A stretch of DNA of 63,982 bases, filler included, from Reclinomonas americana ATCC 50394 (Eukaryota): the NCBI GenBank assembly GCA_048213135.1. It is 13 parts of 13 records of this genome, joined end to end, with 100 filler letters (N's around TTAATTAATTAA, not from the genome) between each part and the next. Parts side by side here need not be neighbours in the genome. Positions count along the whole stretch, not along the records: positions 25,916 to 34,358 come from AFZH01020343.1; positions 34,459 to 39,739 come from AFZH01020346.1; 11 more parts are not named here. One strand, written 5' to 3'. Below are positions 25,916 through 38,161 of the stretch, piece after piece. The notes under the pieces were generated by a model. The model saw only the letters and a list, made by a program, of their open reading frames with translations, was not told where the DNA came from and made no database searches. The position numbers and the translations under genes were made by a program. Each line of letters begins with the position of its first letter. The stretch's first letter is position 1.

Positions 25916-28900
25916 CCCACCGCCGCCACCACCGCTTCCGGCAAGCGGTCTCCGCCGCGTGCGCGCACACCACCTCAGTCGCCGCCGCTGGAGTTTGACG
26001 AGCACGGAATTTTGCTGTCGCCACCGACAGACACCACCGAGTACAGACGTCCGCAAGATGCAAGCGCGGGGGCATCATCTGCGCACGGCGACCATGCGGT
26101 CTCACCGCCACAACCAACGTGCGTGCTGTCGCTGCCCTCTGTGTCTGTGCTGAATCTCATGTTCATTTTTGGTTGTTTTTGTGCAGTAATGCGACGACGG
26201 CGACGGCGACGCTTTCCGTCCCCGTGATACGGCGGCAGAGCATCTCAGAACCGGCATCACCGCGGAGACATCAGCATGTCGGTGCCAACGGAGTGACAGT
26301 TGATCATCGTGGCGGTGTCCTGTTGCATGTGGGCGGGAGTACCGCTGCGGAGGATTACCAGACTGGAACGTCGGCTGTCGACGCGGAGCGCGGAGGGCAC
26401 TCGAGCGCAGCGGGCGACCTGGCTGGCGGTTTTAATGAGGCGGCGAATGGTGGCGCTGCGGAGGCGCAGTCGGCACCGCCACCGACTTCGGAACCCTCTC
26501 CAGCGCCATCACCAGCGTCCGGATTGACGAGCACTGCGAGCATTTTGGAGGGACTCGGGCTCGGCAGTCTGTGTGCGAAACTGGAGCAGCAGGTGATTTG
26601 CGATGGCAGCGGAGAAGCTTCGCCTTCTGCATCGCTGACACACATCACTGCTGTGCAGATTGCCAGCTCACGCAACCTCGGCAAGGCCATCAAGGCCGAA
26701 CGCTCGAGGGAGACGCGATCGCGAATTCAGGCGCGGTCCCCCGCGATGTCGCGTGGCCGACTGCATGGGGAAGATTCGCCGTCGCGCTCGCGCGCTTATT
26801 CTCCCGGTCGCACGGCATCGCGGTGAGGAGTGGCAGAGGCCTACACCACCAACCCACTTCTGTAGTATTCTTTCCGCCCTCTCTTCCTCTCGTTATCGAT
26901 GACCAAAATAAGTGTGATTGAAAGGAGAAGCAAGAGAAGGCGCAGAAGGGAGAAGGAGAAGAGGAGGAGGGGCGAGTAGGAAGAGACTGCGCATTTATTT
27001 CTCGCGCTCATACGCCTGTTTTTTTCTCTCCCCCTTTCGCACACGGCAGTGGTTATTCCGGCGACTCGAGTGTCGCGCTTGGCATATCTCGTGATCATCG
27101 GTCTGCCAGCCCACTGGGATCCACGTCGTTCTCCATGTCCCCCGGCGCGGCGCGGCAGTCGCCGAACCGTTCCACACTGTCGTCCTTCTCCGTGCAGTCG
27201 ACGCAGGCGGCCGCGCGATTACACCAGCAGCTGCCACCGCCTCCTCCTCCGATGGCTCCACAACAGCAGCAGCAGCAGTTGCCTGCGCCAGTTGAACAGC
27301 CACCACGGCGCAGTGCAGAGACGTCACTGTATCCCGCACTGCAAATCGGCGACCTCGCGCAACGGAAACACTATGCTCCGTCCGAGCAAGTGCAGACGCG
27401 CATTATTCCCGACAATGTGCACGACTTTCAGCTGGCCGAACGCCGACATTTTGATGCCATTTTGTCGTCGGCAGATGTTGCGTCTTGCACCGGTCGAGAC
27501 ACTTTGCTTGTTGCTCACGTGCTTTTTTTCCCTGCAGCTGCCTCTTGCGCACACTGTGAGGTCAGACAAGAGCACCACTGCGACGCAGCAGCCGCAGGAT
27601 CCTGACTTTAGAGTTCCCACGTCGTTTCGTCCCCTCCGCGTCTGCTGCCTGTTTCATTGCCTCTCTTTTGACACACACTTCGCGATGCAGACCCGGATAC
27701 CAGTCACGTAATCGTAAACGACTGGACCAGACCTTGTTTTCTCCGTGGAACAAGGAAGTTGCGTGCACAGGCAAAGCATTGGCTGATAGCTCCTTTTTCT
27801 TTCTTCTCTTTTCCACTGTGAGCTTACCCGCTGCATTTGCGTAGACTCGTCGACATGCAGATCCGCAGCTCGACATGCGAAGATCGCTCAAGAAACTCTT
27901 GCACGAAGTGCACCACCAACAGCACCAGCAGAGCGACGTGGAGGTTTGCGCAGCGTCGCCTTCTCGATCTCCACTCACTTTGCTCACATCGCCGACTCCT
28001 TTGCGCAGCATGTAAACTCTGCGCAAGTCGCGCGTGCAGCCTTGCAGCCGTCGCATGGATTCACTGCTGACGAAGTGGCCAACTTTGTGACGGAAATGGA
28101 GCGAGAGAGGGGGCACGAGGCGGCTATGGACTGGGATTCGCTCGGCAGAAATCCGCCACGCTCTCGCCACGTGCCTCCCGATCATCGCACGATGCTAGCG
28201 TGGCCTGAGCAGGTCGCCGACGGCGATGCCAGCATGGCGCGCCCAGTGAATGCGCGGACGCTGCGGCCGGCTCCAACCGACCACCGTGATATGCTGGAGT
28301 GGCGACCGCAATCTGCACCCCGCACGCGACCATCGCCACACATTCTGCGACCGGAGGAGAAGCCAGTGCGGCGTCGGACGAGTTTCACGCTCTCCGACAG
28401 CGACGATGACGACGACGACGACGGCGCGGCAGGTGTCGGCGACGAGCGTGTGGTGACTGTGGTTTGTATTGTTCTGTCTATCTCTCTGTGTGTGTGGTGG
28501 GAAAGAATGCTTAGCTGCCCCCCACTATGCGCAGCCGACCGGGAAACGCATTGACGTGGAGCTCTCTGAGCATCAGCGATGGGAACGCGCCGAGGCCAAG
28601 AAGCGGCGGTCGTCGCGTGTTGTGCGCCTGCGACAGCGACCACCTCGATCCGTCTCCGTCGCCGAAGAGTGAGTGCAACTCTCCGGGCATTTTCGTGTGC
28701 GCTCTGCCAGCAGGCTCACGTGATGTTTATGTGCCAACAGTGGAGGGCGCAGTCGACCATGGAAGATGAAGCCGTTGTTCCCGACCGCCGCGGAGCACGA
28801 GTACGTCCGCATTCGTGCCGGTGGAGCTGCGGCTCGTGCCTCACTGTTGCGTATATATGTGTGTGTATGTGGACCTGTGTGACACGAACCCGTCGACTCA

Positions 28901-29105
28901 CGTATCCACAGAACGCACGGTGACATTATCGGCTGGTCCACGGCACAGAACAGGCTGGTGCGTCCGTGTTGTCGCTCATCATCATCATCATCGCCCTTTC
29001 GAAATTAATGCTCACTCTCCTCTGCAGCCGGGCGAAGCTCCGGCGCGGATGCAGCTGTCGGCCAACGGCCGAGTCGATCCGCACCTGTTCTTCTCTAAAG
29101 AATGA
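25916..29105 (+). CDS. Hypothetical low-complexity Ser/Pro/Arg-rich multi-exon protein, 3' part
   Basis: Consecutive coding-like exons separated by 50-90 nt GT-AG introns, ending GRVDPHLFFSKE TGA. No recognisable domain. Confidence 0.5.
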
Positions 29106-29155
29106 TGATACATACGTACACGACACAAAAAGAGATGTCCTACGCCCACGCGCAA

Positions 29156-30304
29156 ATGTTCTCTCGTCGTTGGCTCGCGCGTCTTCCACCCATCGTCGCC
29201 TTCTCACTCGCCTCACCAGTGATCACTGCAGCAGCAAGCACCACCTTGTCGAGCACACGAATGGACATTCTTCCGGTGCCGATTCTCTCCGACAACTACG
29301 CCTACCTCATTGTCGATCGCCGCACACAGCAATGCGCAGTGGTGGACCCCGCCGAGCCCGACAAGATCGAGGCCGCACTGCATCATCACAAAGTGCACCT
29401 CACTCACATTCTCACCACGCACAAGGTTTGTGAGAGAAAGAGAGAGAGAGAGAGGCAAGCAGCAGATTGTCGCTGTACTGATGATGGATCGATCGTCAGC
29501 ACTGGGATCACGCTGGTGGCAATGAGGAGATGCTTCGTCGCTTTCCTGCAGTGACAGTCGTGGGAGGTGCGCACGATGCCATTCCGGCTGTGACACAGGC
29601 CGTGGAAGACGGCGATGTGTTCCCGATTACCGACGCCATCAGCGTTCGAGTGCTCTTCTCGCCGTGTCACGTTGCGTACGCGCGTGCCACTGCAACTCGC
29701 TTCCTCGTTTGACAGTCATCGCTGCATGGCAGACGCGCGGCCATGTGTTGTACTATGTGACGGCCGCGGGCGACGAGATCGGCAGTCTGTTCACGGGCGA
29801 CACGTTCTTTGTGTGCGGCTGCGGCAAGTTCTTTGAGGGCGATGGCGCGCAGATGCAGGAGGCCGTCGACAAGATCCGCCAGCTGCCGGCCACGGTTCGA
29901 GTTTTCTGCTCTTGTGCCGAGGGTGGCAGCTGTGGACTAACACGACACCTGCAGACTCTGATGTGGTGCGGCCACGAGTACACGGCCGGCAACATTCGCT
30001 TTGCAGAATCGGTGGACCCCGACAACGAGGCGTTGCATTCGAAGGCCGAGTGGGTCCGCCAGCGACGCGAGCACAGCGATCCGCCACTGGTGTGCATTCT
30101 CCTCCCTACTGTGTGTGTGTGCGTCGGTCTATTTACTTACCCGCCCGCATGAGACAGCCGACAATTCCATCGTCGCTGGCCGACGAGTACCTCTACAATC
30201 CCTTCATGCGTGCACACACTACGGAGATGCGTCAGGCCACTGGCAAGGAGACGCCGGCCGAGGTGATGAGCGAACTGCGGGCGATGAAGGACCGCTTCAA
30301 GTAG
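29156..30304 (+). CDS. HAGH: Hydroxyacylglutathione hydrolase (glyoxalase II) with putative mitochondrial presequence
   Basis: LSDNYAYLI, VVDPAE, THK|HWDHAGGN metallo-beta-lactamase motif, PCH|TRGH, LFTGDTFFVCGCGKFFEG, CGHEYT, PTIPSSLADEYLYNPFMR; five exons. Confidence 0.95.
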
Positions 30305-30504
30305 TGAGCAGCAGCACAACGACACAATTACATTTCTCGATTCTTTTTCTGTTCTCTTCTCTCATTGCACCGCCCATTTTTTCGCCCTCTTTCAACTCCT
30401 GGCACACGCACGCGTGCACTGATTATACAAGCACGGAGAAGACTGGGTATGCACTTTTCCACACGCACAAAAAAACAGAACAGCCTCCCACACAAACGAG
30501 TTGT

Positions 30505-31883
30505 TCACGCCGAGGTACCAAAGCCAAAGGCCGGCGCGTCACGACCCACTTGCTTGGCAGTGTCGTAGGCACCCGGTCCAGGCCTCGTCTCATTGTCCTT
30601 GGACTCGATGCGCACGCCAAACGAGTATGCCGGCGCAGCCTTCTTCACATTCGCCTTCAGCACCTCATACGCACCCGGACCCACGGGGTTCTCGCGGCCT
30701 GTCACCGTCGTCGTGTAAGCACTTACACACACTCATGGCGCACCAAGTGAACGACGCAACTCTTTTGCGGTGACCGTGTGCCCATTGAGTACTGCGGCGC
30801 ACTGCGGGAAATCCTCTTGGTGTTGTCGTAGGCGGCCGGACCCGGCGAGCGATCCTTCTCGGGGAAGGTACGTCGGCTGGTGATTGTGTGTGCCGGAGCC
30901 TTGCCAACAGCTGTGCCTGCATGTGTTCGTGCAGGGGGAGAAGAGGAAGAGACACACACAGACGGCATTGAGCACAACCGGGGGGCGTCGAGGCGAGCAT
31001 GCACGAGAGGGGAAGCGGAGCAAGCAAATGTAATAGATCACCAGACGCACCGAGCTCGTAGGCACCGGGGCCAGGTACGACGCTCGCCTTATCCGCCATG
31101 TGACGGCCAGAGAGGCTGTACGCCGGTCCACGACGAGGCGGCGACGGGTTGTATGCTCCCGGTCCCTGTCCAACCGTGTCTGCATACGCACACAGCGATG
31201 AGGCAGAGCAGAGGCAGAGGTTGGCATCACGTGCGTACTCACCAAACTTCTCCACCGGTCGACCCTGCCAAAGCGTAATCACAAGCAGAGAAACAGGAGT
31301 CAGTGCATGATGGCACGCGTGTCACAACGGAAATCACATGGGGGCGAGTGCCACAACCGCAAAACAGACACACACACAGCAAAAAGAAGTTTGATGGCGT
31401 GAGGAGGGCAAGGCAGCAAGAGAGCACAAAGAGGAGTGAGGAGAGTGTGTGCGTGTGAGAGAGTGAGAGTGAGAGGGAGAAAGAGAGAATGGCCGTTTTC
31501 CGCACCGACATGGAGTACTTTGGAGTTTCGCCGACATAGGTTCTCTCGCGGTACTGGCCCGGTCCGGGAGTGGCCAGTTGCTCATTGCTCACAAGCGGGC
31601 GACCGGCCAGTGTGTGGTCACGCACCTGCACACACATAAAGAAAGAACACACAATACAGAGAGATGCTTTGTCAACAAACGCGCAAAGAATGAGAGAATG
31701 TGTGAGAGAGTAAGTGCGTAACTGGCTGCTTTGGTCCCTTGAACGACGACTTGGATGTTTGCTGAGCAAGAGAGAGAGAATGATTGCGTCAGATGCATGC
31801 ACAAAAATAATCCCGCGCACTCACTCGCACACACTCTCTCACACTCTCAACACACATGCGCGTGCAAGAGTGCTCACCGACAT
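30505..31883 (-). CDS. ODF3/SHIPPO-1-like axonemal protein with STPG (PGPGAY) repeats
   Basis: Multiple PGPGxY repeats followed by P(A/K)YS(F/M/L) motifs across short exons. Confidence 0.85.
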
Positions 31884-32008
31884 GACTGCAACACAATGAA
31901 AAGCGACTTGGTGAACGCGTGCAAGTGTGCGACAAAAAAAGATCTCGACGATGACGTCATGTCGACAACAACTGCTTGCGCGGGTCGACCGATTGGGCGT
32001 GTCGAACA

Positions 32009-33240
32009 ATGGGTGAGTTGTTGGTGGGCGCGCTCGCTGGCAGTGAGATCGCGCGAGAGTGGAATGCCATGGCAACACTGTGCGCAGAAGCGCGAGCAGT
32101 GTTGGGCGACGACGACGACGAAGAGCGGGAAAAGTTGAGTATGCAAGATGCTGTCGAGGAGACACCGGATGAGCGCGTTGAGCGGGCCATTTGTGAGCAA
32201 CTGGTACGCATATTGTGCGTAAAACAGAAAAGACTGATTGAAAAAGCTCTCATGCGCATGTGCAGGTGGAATCGCGAAAGCGTCCATTTCCGGTCGATGT
32301 CGACGAGGACGAGAGTGCGTTTCGGAAGCGGCGGTGTCGCGGCTACCTACACAACCCGCAGTTAGTGGCGGAGACGGTGGATTTGCAGGCGATTCCGCCA
32401 GTGAAGCCGGAGATGATGTGGTCGACGGAGTTGGAGACGTGCAGGACGGGGAGGAGTGCGTTGCCGACGCGCGTGCGGCAAAAGGACTTGAATTTTCTGC
32501 GGAGAGAGAGTGGGGCGGCGGCGCAAATGGCCGAGGTGCCGGTGCGCGAGGGCGAAGTGGTGATGACAGTGGCGTTGTATCAGCCGCGAAGGGGAGTCAA
32601 GTGGCAGGAGTTTGAGGTGTTGGGCTCGCAGACGCTGCAGTCGCTGCGCGAGAGGATCTACTGTTTGCATGATGTGACGGCGGCGGAGGTGTGCCCGGAG
32701 AATCCGTCGGGCACGGGATTTTTCTTCATCGAGAATACGATTTATGCGAGCGGCGAGGAGGAGAATGCGTCGGCGACGCTGGCGGAGTGGTTGGCGCGCC
32801 CGGGTCGGTGCACGCAGTCGTGGGTGTCGCCGCCTGCGGGGCGCGAGCCGGCGGTGCCGCCACCGATTGTTTCAATGGAGTCGACGACGTTTTCGGCGCT
32901 CACGTTTCGCCTGCATCGACCGTACGTGTATGCGCATCATGGTGGCGCGTGTGAGCATCGCATGGTGTTTACGCAGTGTCGGCTCTACGATCCCGCCTCC
33001 ACCACGTGTCGCAACGCGGCGCAGTACCCGCATCTCGTGTTCCAGGCGCGCTTCCGGCGACGCCGCTGTCTCGTGTGCAATTTGTACTATGCCGAGCGTG
33101 TGCTGCACGGCGACGCCATGGCCACCGAGGACCCGGCCTTCTTCTGTCTCAGTTGTTTGCGGCGGATGCACTACGAGAAGGATGGAACGCTGCGGAATGC
33201 GGCCGATGCGTTCAAAATGTACACGTATTATCATGAGTGA
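32009..33240 (+). CDS. SNAPC3: snRNA-activating protein complex subunit 3 (SNAP50)
   Basis: QEFEVLGSQTLQSLRERIYC, FFFIENTIY, PYVYAHHGGACEH, C-terminal CxxC...FFCxxC..HY zinc finger; one intron at ~32204-32265. Confidence 0.9.
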
Positions 33241-33505
33241 TTTGGGGGGAGAGGAAGCGGGGAAGGGTGGAAGGGGAAGGGGTAGGGAGACACAATCGAT
33301 CTCATGTGTGGGATGTGTGTCGGCGAAGAGAATTCTCTTTCCTGTTTTCTTCTCTTCTCTTCTCCCTCTCTCTTCAGGCAACTCTGCAAGTCACGTGTAG
33401 GAAGGGCATCGGTGCCGCTGTATTCTGTTTAGTGATTGCGTCGCGGGCATGCATACGAATTCAACAACGAAGAGAGACAGAGGCGCGGATGAGGTGAGCG
33501 GAAGC

Positions 33506-33626
33506 TCACGCCGAGCCGCGGCCAGGTGGGTTCTTGGTGGCCTCCTGACGCACTCGCTCGCGATACTGCTCGGGATGGTCACTGTACACCGCCAAAAACG
33601 TGAGCATTTCCCTCCACAAACCTCGA

Positions 33627-33660
<34 letters not shown>

Positions 33661-34320
33661 GCAGCATCACATACGCCTCGGCTTGCGCCGGCGAGTTCAG
33701 ACTGCACGCTGACGTCAGCAACACGACAACTCGAAACGCACCACACACACAATGAAACCGCAACTTGGGGCTGACCAACAGCTCCGCAATGCCCAACAGC
33801 ACCTGCTTCAGCGTAATCGACGGTCTCCAGTCCTCATCCTCGTTGACAATCGACAGACACACAGTTCCGCTCGGATACACATTCTACACAGCAGCAGTCG
33901 TCAGAAGCAAAAAAGGGCAATCGCACTGCTGCAAATCAACGCGGGCGCGCAACTGGATGGAACAGCGGCTGCATATTACACAAAGAATGAGCACTTTATC
34001 ACGCGCGCGTGTATGTGTGTGTGTGTGTGTGTAAAGAGAAACGCACCGGTTCAAAGACACACTTCGGCGGGCGAATGGGATAATCCTGCGCACAAAGCGA
34101 GTGAGAAACGCATGGAAAACGCACACGTTCACACACGAGACGCTTGCCTCAGTGAAGATCAGCTTGAGCACGTACTCGCCACCTTCCCAGTCACTGCACA
34201 CAAACAAGCACAAGCGCAAATGAGCGCGCGCGCGCACATCAAGGACAACCCCACATTGCACACAAAACGTCTTCTCCTTGCCCGGAATGCCAGCGTGCCA
34301 CAGAAGCAGGTTGAGCGAGC
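33506..34320 (-). CDS. UBC9: SUMO-conjugating enzyme E2 UBC9 (5' end in gap)
   Basis: Spliced: [75 protein letters not shown]..|NSPAQAEAY. Confidence 0.93.
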
Positions 34321-34458
34321 CTGAACAACGCAAGCAGTGAGAGACAGAGAGAGAGAGANNNNNNNNNNNNNNNNNNNNNNNNNNNNNNNNNNNNNNNNNN
34401 NNTTAATTAATTAANNNNNNNNNNNNNNNNNNNNNNNNNNNNNNNNNNNNNNNNNNNN

Positions 34459-35063
34459 CCTCATGTCCTCACCGCCCGTGACACTGCCCGAGGAGCAGGT
34501 GACGCTGATTCTCGCTGAGCCACTGGACGACGGCGACGATCACCACCGCCACCACCACATAGTGAAATGAGTGGACTTTTCTTTCCTTTTACACGAACAA
34601 GGAGAGTTGCTTCATTGCCGTGCTGCAGGCACACAAGTCTCACTCGCGCACACGCATGCGTTTTTTGCTTGTTTTACAGAGCGCCAGAGGTGTGAGTCAC
34701 GCCCTCGGTGGCAAAGTGCACCGAGGCCGCTCCGTGTGCGTCTGTTGACACGGCCTCCGTGTCGGTCAGTCCAGAGGTCTGCGCAAAAAGGGGAAAGAGT
34801 GAGCACAATGAGAAAGCACAAGACACACACACATGCGCGCACACGCACCGGATCACTGGCAGTCACGGTGATGGAGTCGCTCGGTCCCACTGCACATGCA
34901 GACACACACAATATAGAGTGAGTGAGAGAAGTTTCTCACTTGATGGTTTCGCATCAGAAGCGCAACTGATGGAAGTGGCAATCGACATTCCGCTGGTGGC
35001 AGAGGCCGCGTTGGTGCCCGATGAGTTGTCAGTGCTGTCGTTGTTGCCGCCGCCGCCGCCCAT
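34459..35063 (-). CDS. 5' exons of a hypothetical Ser/Thr-rich protein running into the gap
   Basis: AAAAAA-ATG GGC (MGGGGGNNDSTD...) followed by short exons with GT-AG introns. Confidence 0.4.
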
Positions 35064-36208
35064 TTTTTTGTGATAAATGTGTGGAGAAAAGGGGGAAAGG
35101 GAACTGCGCGCGCGTGACAGAGAGAGTGAGTGGAGTGAGAGGGGGAGAGAGCGTGTGTGTGTGCGTCTTTCAATGTGTGCGGTGTGACGGTGGGTGCTCA
35201 CAAACCTGCGAGAATGTGTATGTTTGTGTGTGTCTGCGGGCAAGTTCGCGCACGTCGCGGGACAGCGGCTGCGAGAATGTCACACACTCCGCGCGCGCTT
35301 GCCCATGCGCGTCTGTGAAGGGAGAGTGGTGGAGGGTGTGTGTGTTGTGGCAAGAACGCTGAGTGTGGTTGCGGAGAACGTCGAATTTTATGATTGTCAA
35401 GTCCGTGAAGTTCGCGCGTGGTGGAGCATGTGCGGCAGTGTCGTGCACGGTCGGCTCACTGGAGGTGTAGAGGTACAGAGCAGGTGCGTGTGAAGCAATG
35501 TGCGCGATGACGTTGGCAGGCAAGAACGCAAAGACGTCGACGTTTGAATTTAGAAAATTTTCATGGTCAATATCGACACGAGTACAAGCTGGTGCATACA
35601 AGCGGTCGTCGAGCTGCACTGTGTCACACTCCCTGTCATGTCGCAAAGGAAGAGATCATGGCAACAAAAGTCCTGCCCAGTTTCGACCCATTTTCGACCT
35701 GTTGCATGAGCGGTGAGTGTGTGCCAGACAGCTGCAGAGTGTTTCATGCTGCTCATCTCTCTCTCTAACATTAGGAAAGCGTGGACGTGCGTGGAACACT
35801 GCAGCAGCAGTGGGTGCAGGCGGCAGTGTCGGTGCTGCGAGTGACTCACATCCTCCTCCTCTTCCGCCTCCTCCTCCGCCTCCTCCGCGCATCACTCGAG
35901 GAGATGAAGAAGAGGAGGAGGTGGAGGTGGGCGGGAGTTCAAGTCGGCGTGCGACTGCCTGGGCGCGGCCTTTGCCAGTGGCGACTGCAGGTGGCGGGAG
36001 AGCAGCAGCGGGATCTGCAGCTCTGTCTGTCGCCACTGCTGCTGCTCCTCCTCCTCCTCCTCCTCCTCCTGCGGAAGAGGTGTCGCCTTCACCGGCGCCG
36101 GGCGAAGTGGAAGCAAGTGAGTTTCGAGCGAGGAGAGAGAGGAGTGAGTAAGAAGAGAGTACGGAGAAGGATGATGTCTTGCAAGCAGCTGCTAGTGTTA
36201 TCAACGAC

Positions 36209-36435
36209 GGTAGCTTCACGTCGACAGGCAGCATGCAGTCTGGAACTGTGAGCTCTGCGGGATTGATCAGTGGCGGCAGTGTGACGACAGTCGGCAGTGT
36301 GCAATCTGGCAATGTGAGCTCGTTTGGTCTCGTGAGCGGTGGTAGCTTCGCGTCAACTGGCGGCATGCAGTCTGGAACTGTGAGCTCTGCGGGATTGATC
36401 AGTGGCGGCAGTGTGAGGATAGTCGGCAGTGTGCA
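36209..36435 (+). repeat. Coding tandem repeat (33-nt / 11-aa period, 132-nt higher-order duplication) in a stop-interrupted frame
   Basis: GSFTSTGSMQS/GTVSSAGLISG/GSVTTVGSVQS/GNVSSFGLVSG/GSFASTGGMQS/GTVSSAGLISG; 36209-36303 nearly identical to 36341-36435. Confidence 0.85.
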
Positions 36436-36698
36436 CTGTGAGTCGTGTGCAGTCTGGCATAAGGAGCTGCAGGCATGCGTTGCTCATGCCCAGAGAGAGA
36501 TGGATTGTAAGATTGACCCTTGCAAGGAAGAGACATAAGGAGCGAGACAATAAGCGAGAATGGTGTGATGTTGACCTCTGTATTGAGGCATGTTAGGAGC
36601 GTGAGATTCACGAGCACGGAGAAAGAGGTTGAACAACAGCTGCACTTGTTGATCACGAAGATGAAACCAGACACGTAGTCTCGCTGACACCTCCTCGT

Positions 36699-37949
36699 GT
36701 GCAGAATTCTCCCGCGAGAGACTCAGGTTTGGTCGAGTTGTCGGTCTGCGCGTCCGCTGCTACAACTCGCAGCGGTCCAGTGCACTCGGTGGCGAGGATC
36801 GACTGCAATCGCATCCCGCCGGTTCGCTCTCTCTCTCTCTTCATGCCCGTCTCTCTTGTGTACCGCTCGCTCCTCATTGCACTCGCAGTGTGCTTGTGGT
36901 CCAGTGACAGTCACCGCTGTCACTTGCTGATCAACGGATCCTCCTTCCGTGTACGATACCTGCACGATGGCGTGGAGGCGCAGGATATCCCCTACAAGGA
37001 CGTACGCGTCTATCCGAAAGATCATCCGAAAGCAAATAGCGGTGACGCGGCTATCAAGAATGTGATGCTGCTGGCCACGGCTCCGTGCGTCACTTTTATT
37101 CTCTCTCTCTCTCTCTCTCTCTCTCAGTCTTTCTCATCTCGTGGCGTTTGCAGGCTCCATTGTCCCGACTACCGACGACCGGCAATGGTCGCCTACTTCC
37201 CGTACAAGCACCCATCCGATGGCTACGTGCTGCATCGTGTTCATCGGTCGCGTCGTTGCCGCCTGCGCGACAGCCTCGGTGCGTACCTTACCGAAAGCTA
37301 TTTGTCGACGGTGAGGCATGTCGAATCGTTGGCCGAAGCTGGGGCGACGAAAGAAGCGATCTCGCACTTCCATGCTTGGCGATGTGAGAGCCGTATCGGT
37401 GCAGTCTTTGAGCTGCCAGTGCGCCCCTCCGATGGCGTGCTGTGCTCTCCGACCGAAATCAGCACCGCGAGTCCACAGCCAGCCAAATTCATGGTGCTTC
37501 GCACGTTCTCGTTGCGTCGTCATTTCCTCGTTCTGCTCACTGCCTGTGCGTTGTTTGACCATGTTTCGTTCCCTCGCTTCAGTACTGCGGGATTCAACTC
37601 GAAGCCAGTCGGCATGGTGTGCGTGTGCCAAGTGGTGCCTGTCAGGCGCAAGGGAGATCGCGAGGATGACGGGGCCATTGACGTCGACCTGCAATTTGTG
37701 GTCGACGAAGCTGACGACGAAATAGGCGTGCAGTGGGCCGTGCTGCCGACAATGACGTACACAATCGACCGTGCGCTCTACTTGCCGTGCGATGACGAAG
37801 GGTATGAGCTTCCAATGGCATGGCTTCGCCCAGGTGACTACTACGCGGTATTCACTATGCTGCAACAACAACTTGATCCGGACCGTCGCGGCTCCGAGCT
37901 TATCAACAACCGGGTGCCAGCTCGCAATCGTCTTAGGAATCATTCCTAA
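36699..37949 (+). CDS. Hypothetical protein (probably 3-4 exons; start uncertain)
   Basis: 416-codon open frame with coding-like segments and in-frame CT-rich introns; no family recognised. Confidence 0.55.
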   Translation: MQNSPARDSGLVELSVCASAATTRSGPVHSVARIDCNRIPPVRSLSLFMPVSLVYRSLLIALAVCLWSSDSHRCHLLINGSSFRVRYLHDGVEAQDIPYKDVRVYPKDHPKANSGDAAIKNVMLLATAPCVTFILSLSLSLSQSFSSRGVCRLHCPDYRRPAMVAYFPYKHPSDGYVLHRVHRSRRCRLRDSLGAYLTESYLSTVRHVESLAEAGATKEAISHFHAWRCESRIGAVFELPVRPSDGVLCSPTEISTASPQPAKFMVLRTFSLRRHFLVLLTACALFDHVSFPRFSTAGFNSKPVGMVCVCQVVPVRRKGDREDDGAIDVDLQFVVDEADDEIGVQWAVLPTMTYTIDRALYLPCDDEGYELPMAWLRPGDYYAVFTMLQQQLDPDRRGSELINNRVPARNRLRNHS

Positions 37950-38161
37950 GGGATATGTGATTTTACATGCGTAGCGTCAAGCCACGCAGATCGCAGTTCT
38001 CGATTTAAAACCTACCGCTGCCTGCAAGACTGTGTTTTTTTTTGGACAAGGTTGAACTCGGCCACCACGACGAATGGAATGCAGGAGACGGCGTACACAA
38101 AGAATCACTGTTACATTATATATACAATGAAAGAATAAAGAAAAAGAAGCACACAACCCGC

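Noticed and set aside
36149..36151. In-frame TAA suggesting stop-codon reassignment or readthrough
   Set aside because: Conserved genes in the window have no internal stops, and genes terminate at TAA, TAG and TGA, so the standard code applies; decay is more likely.
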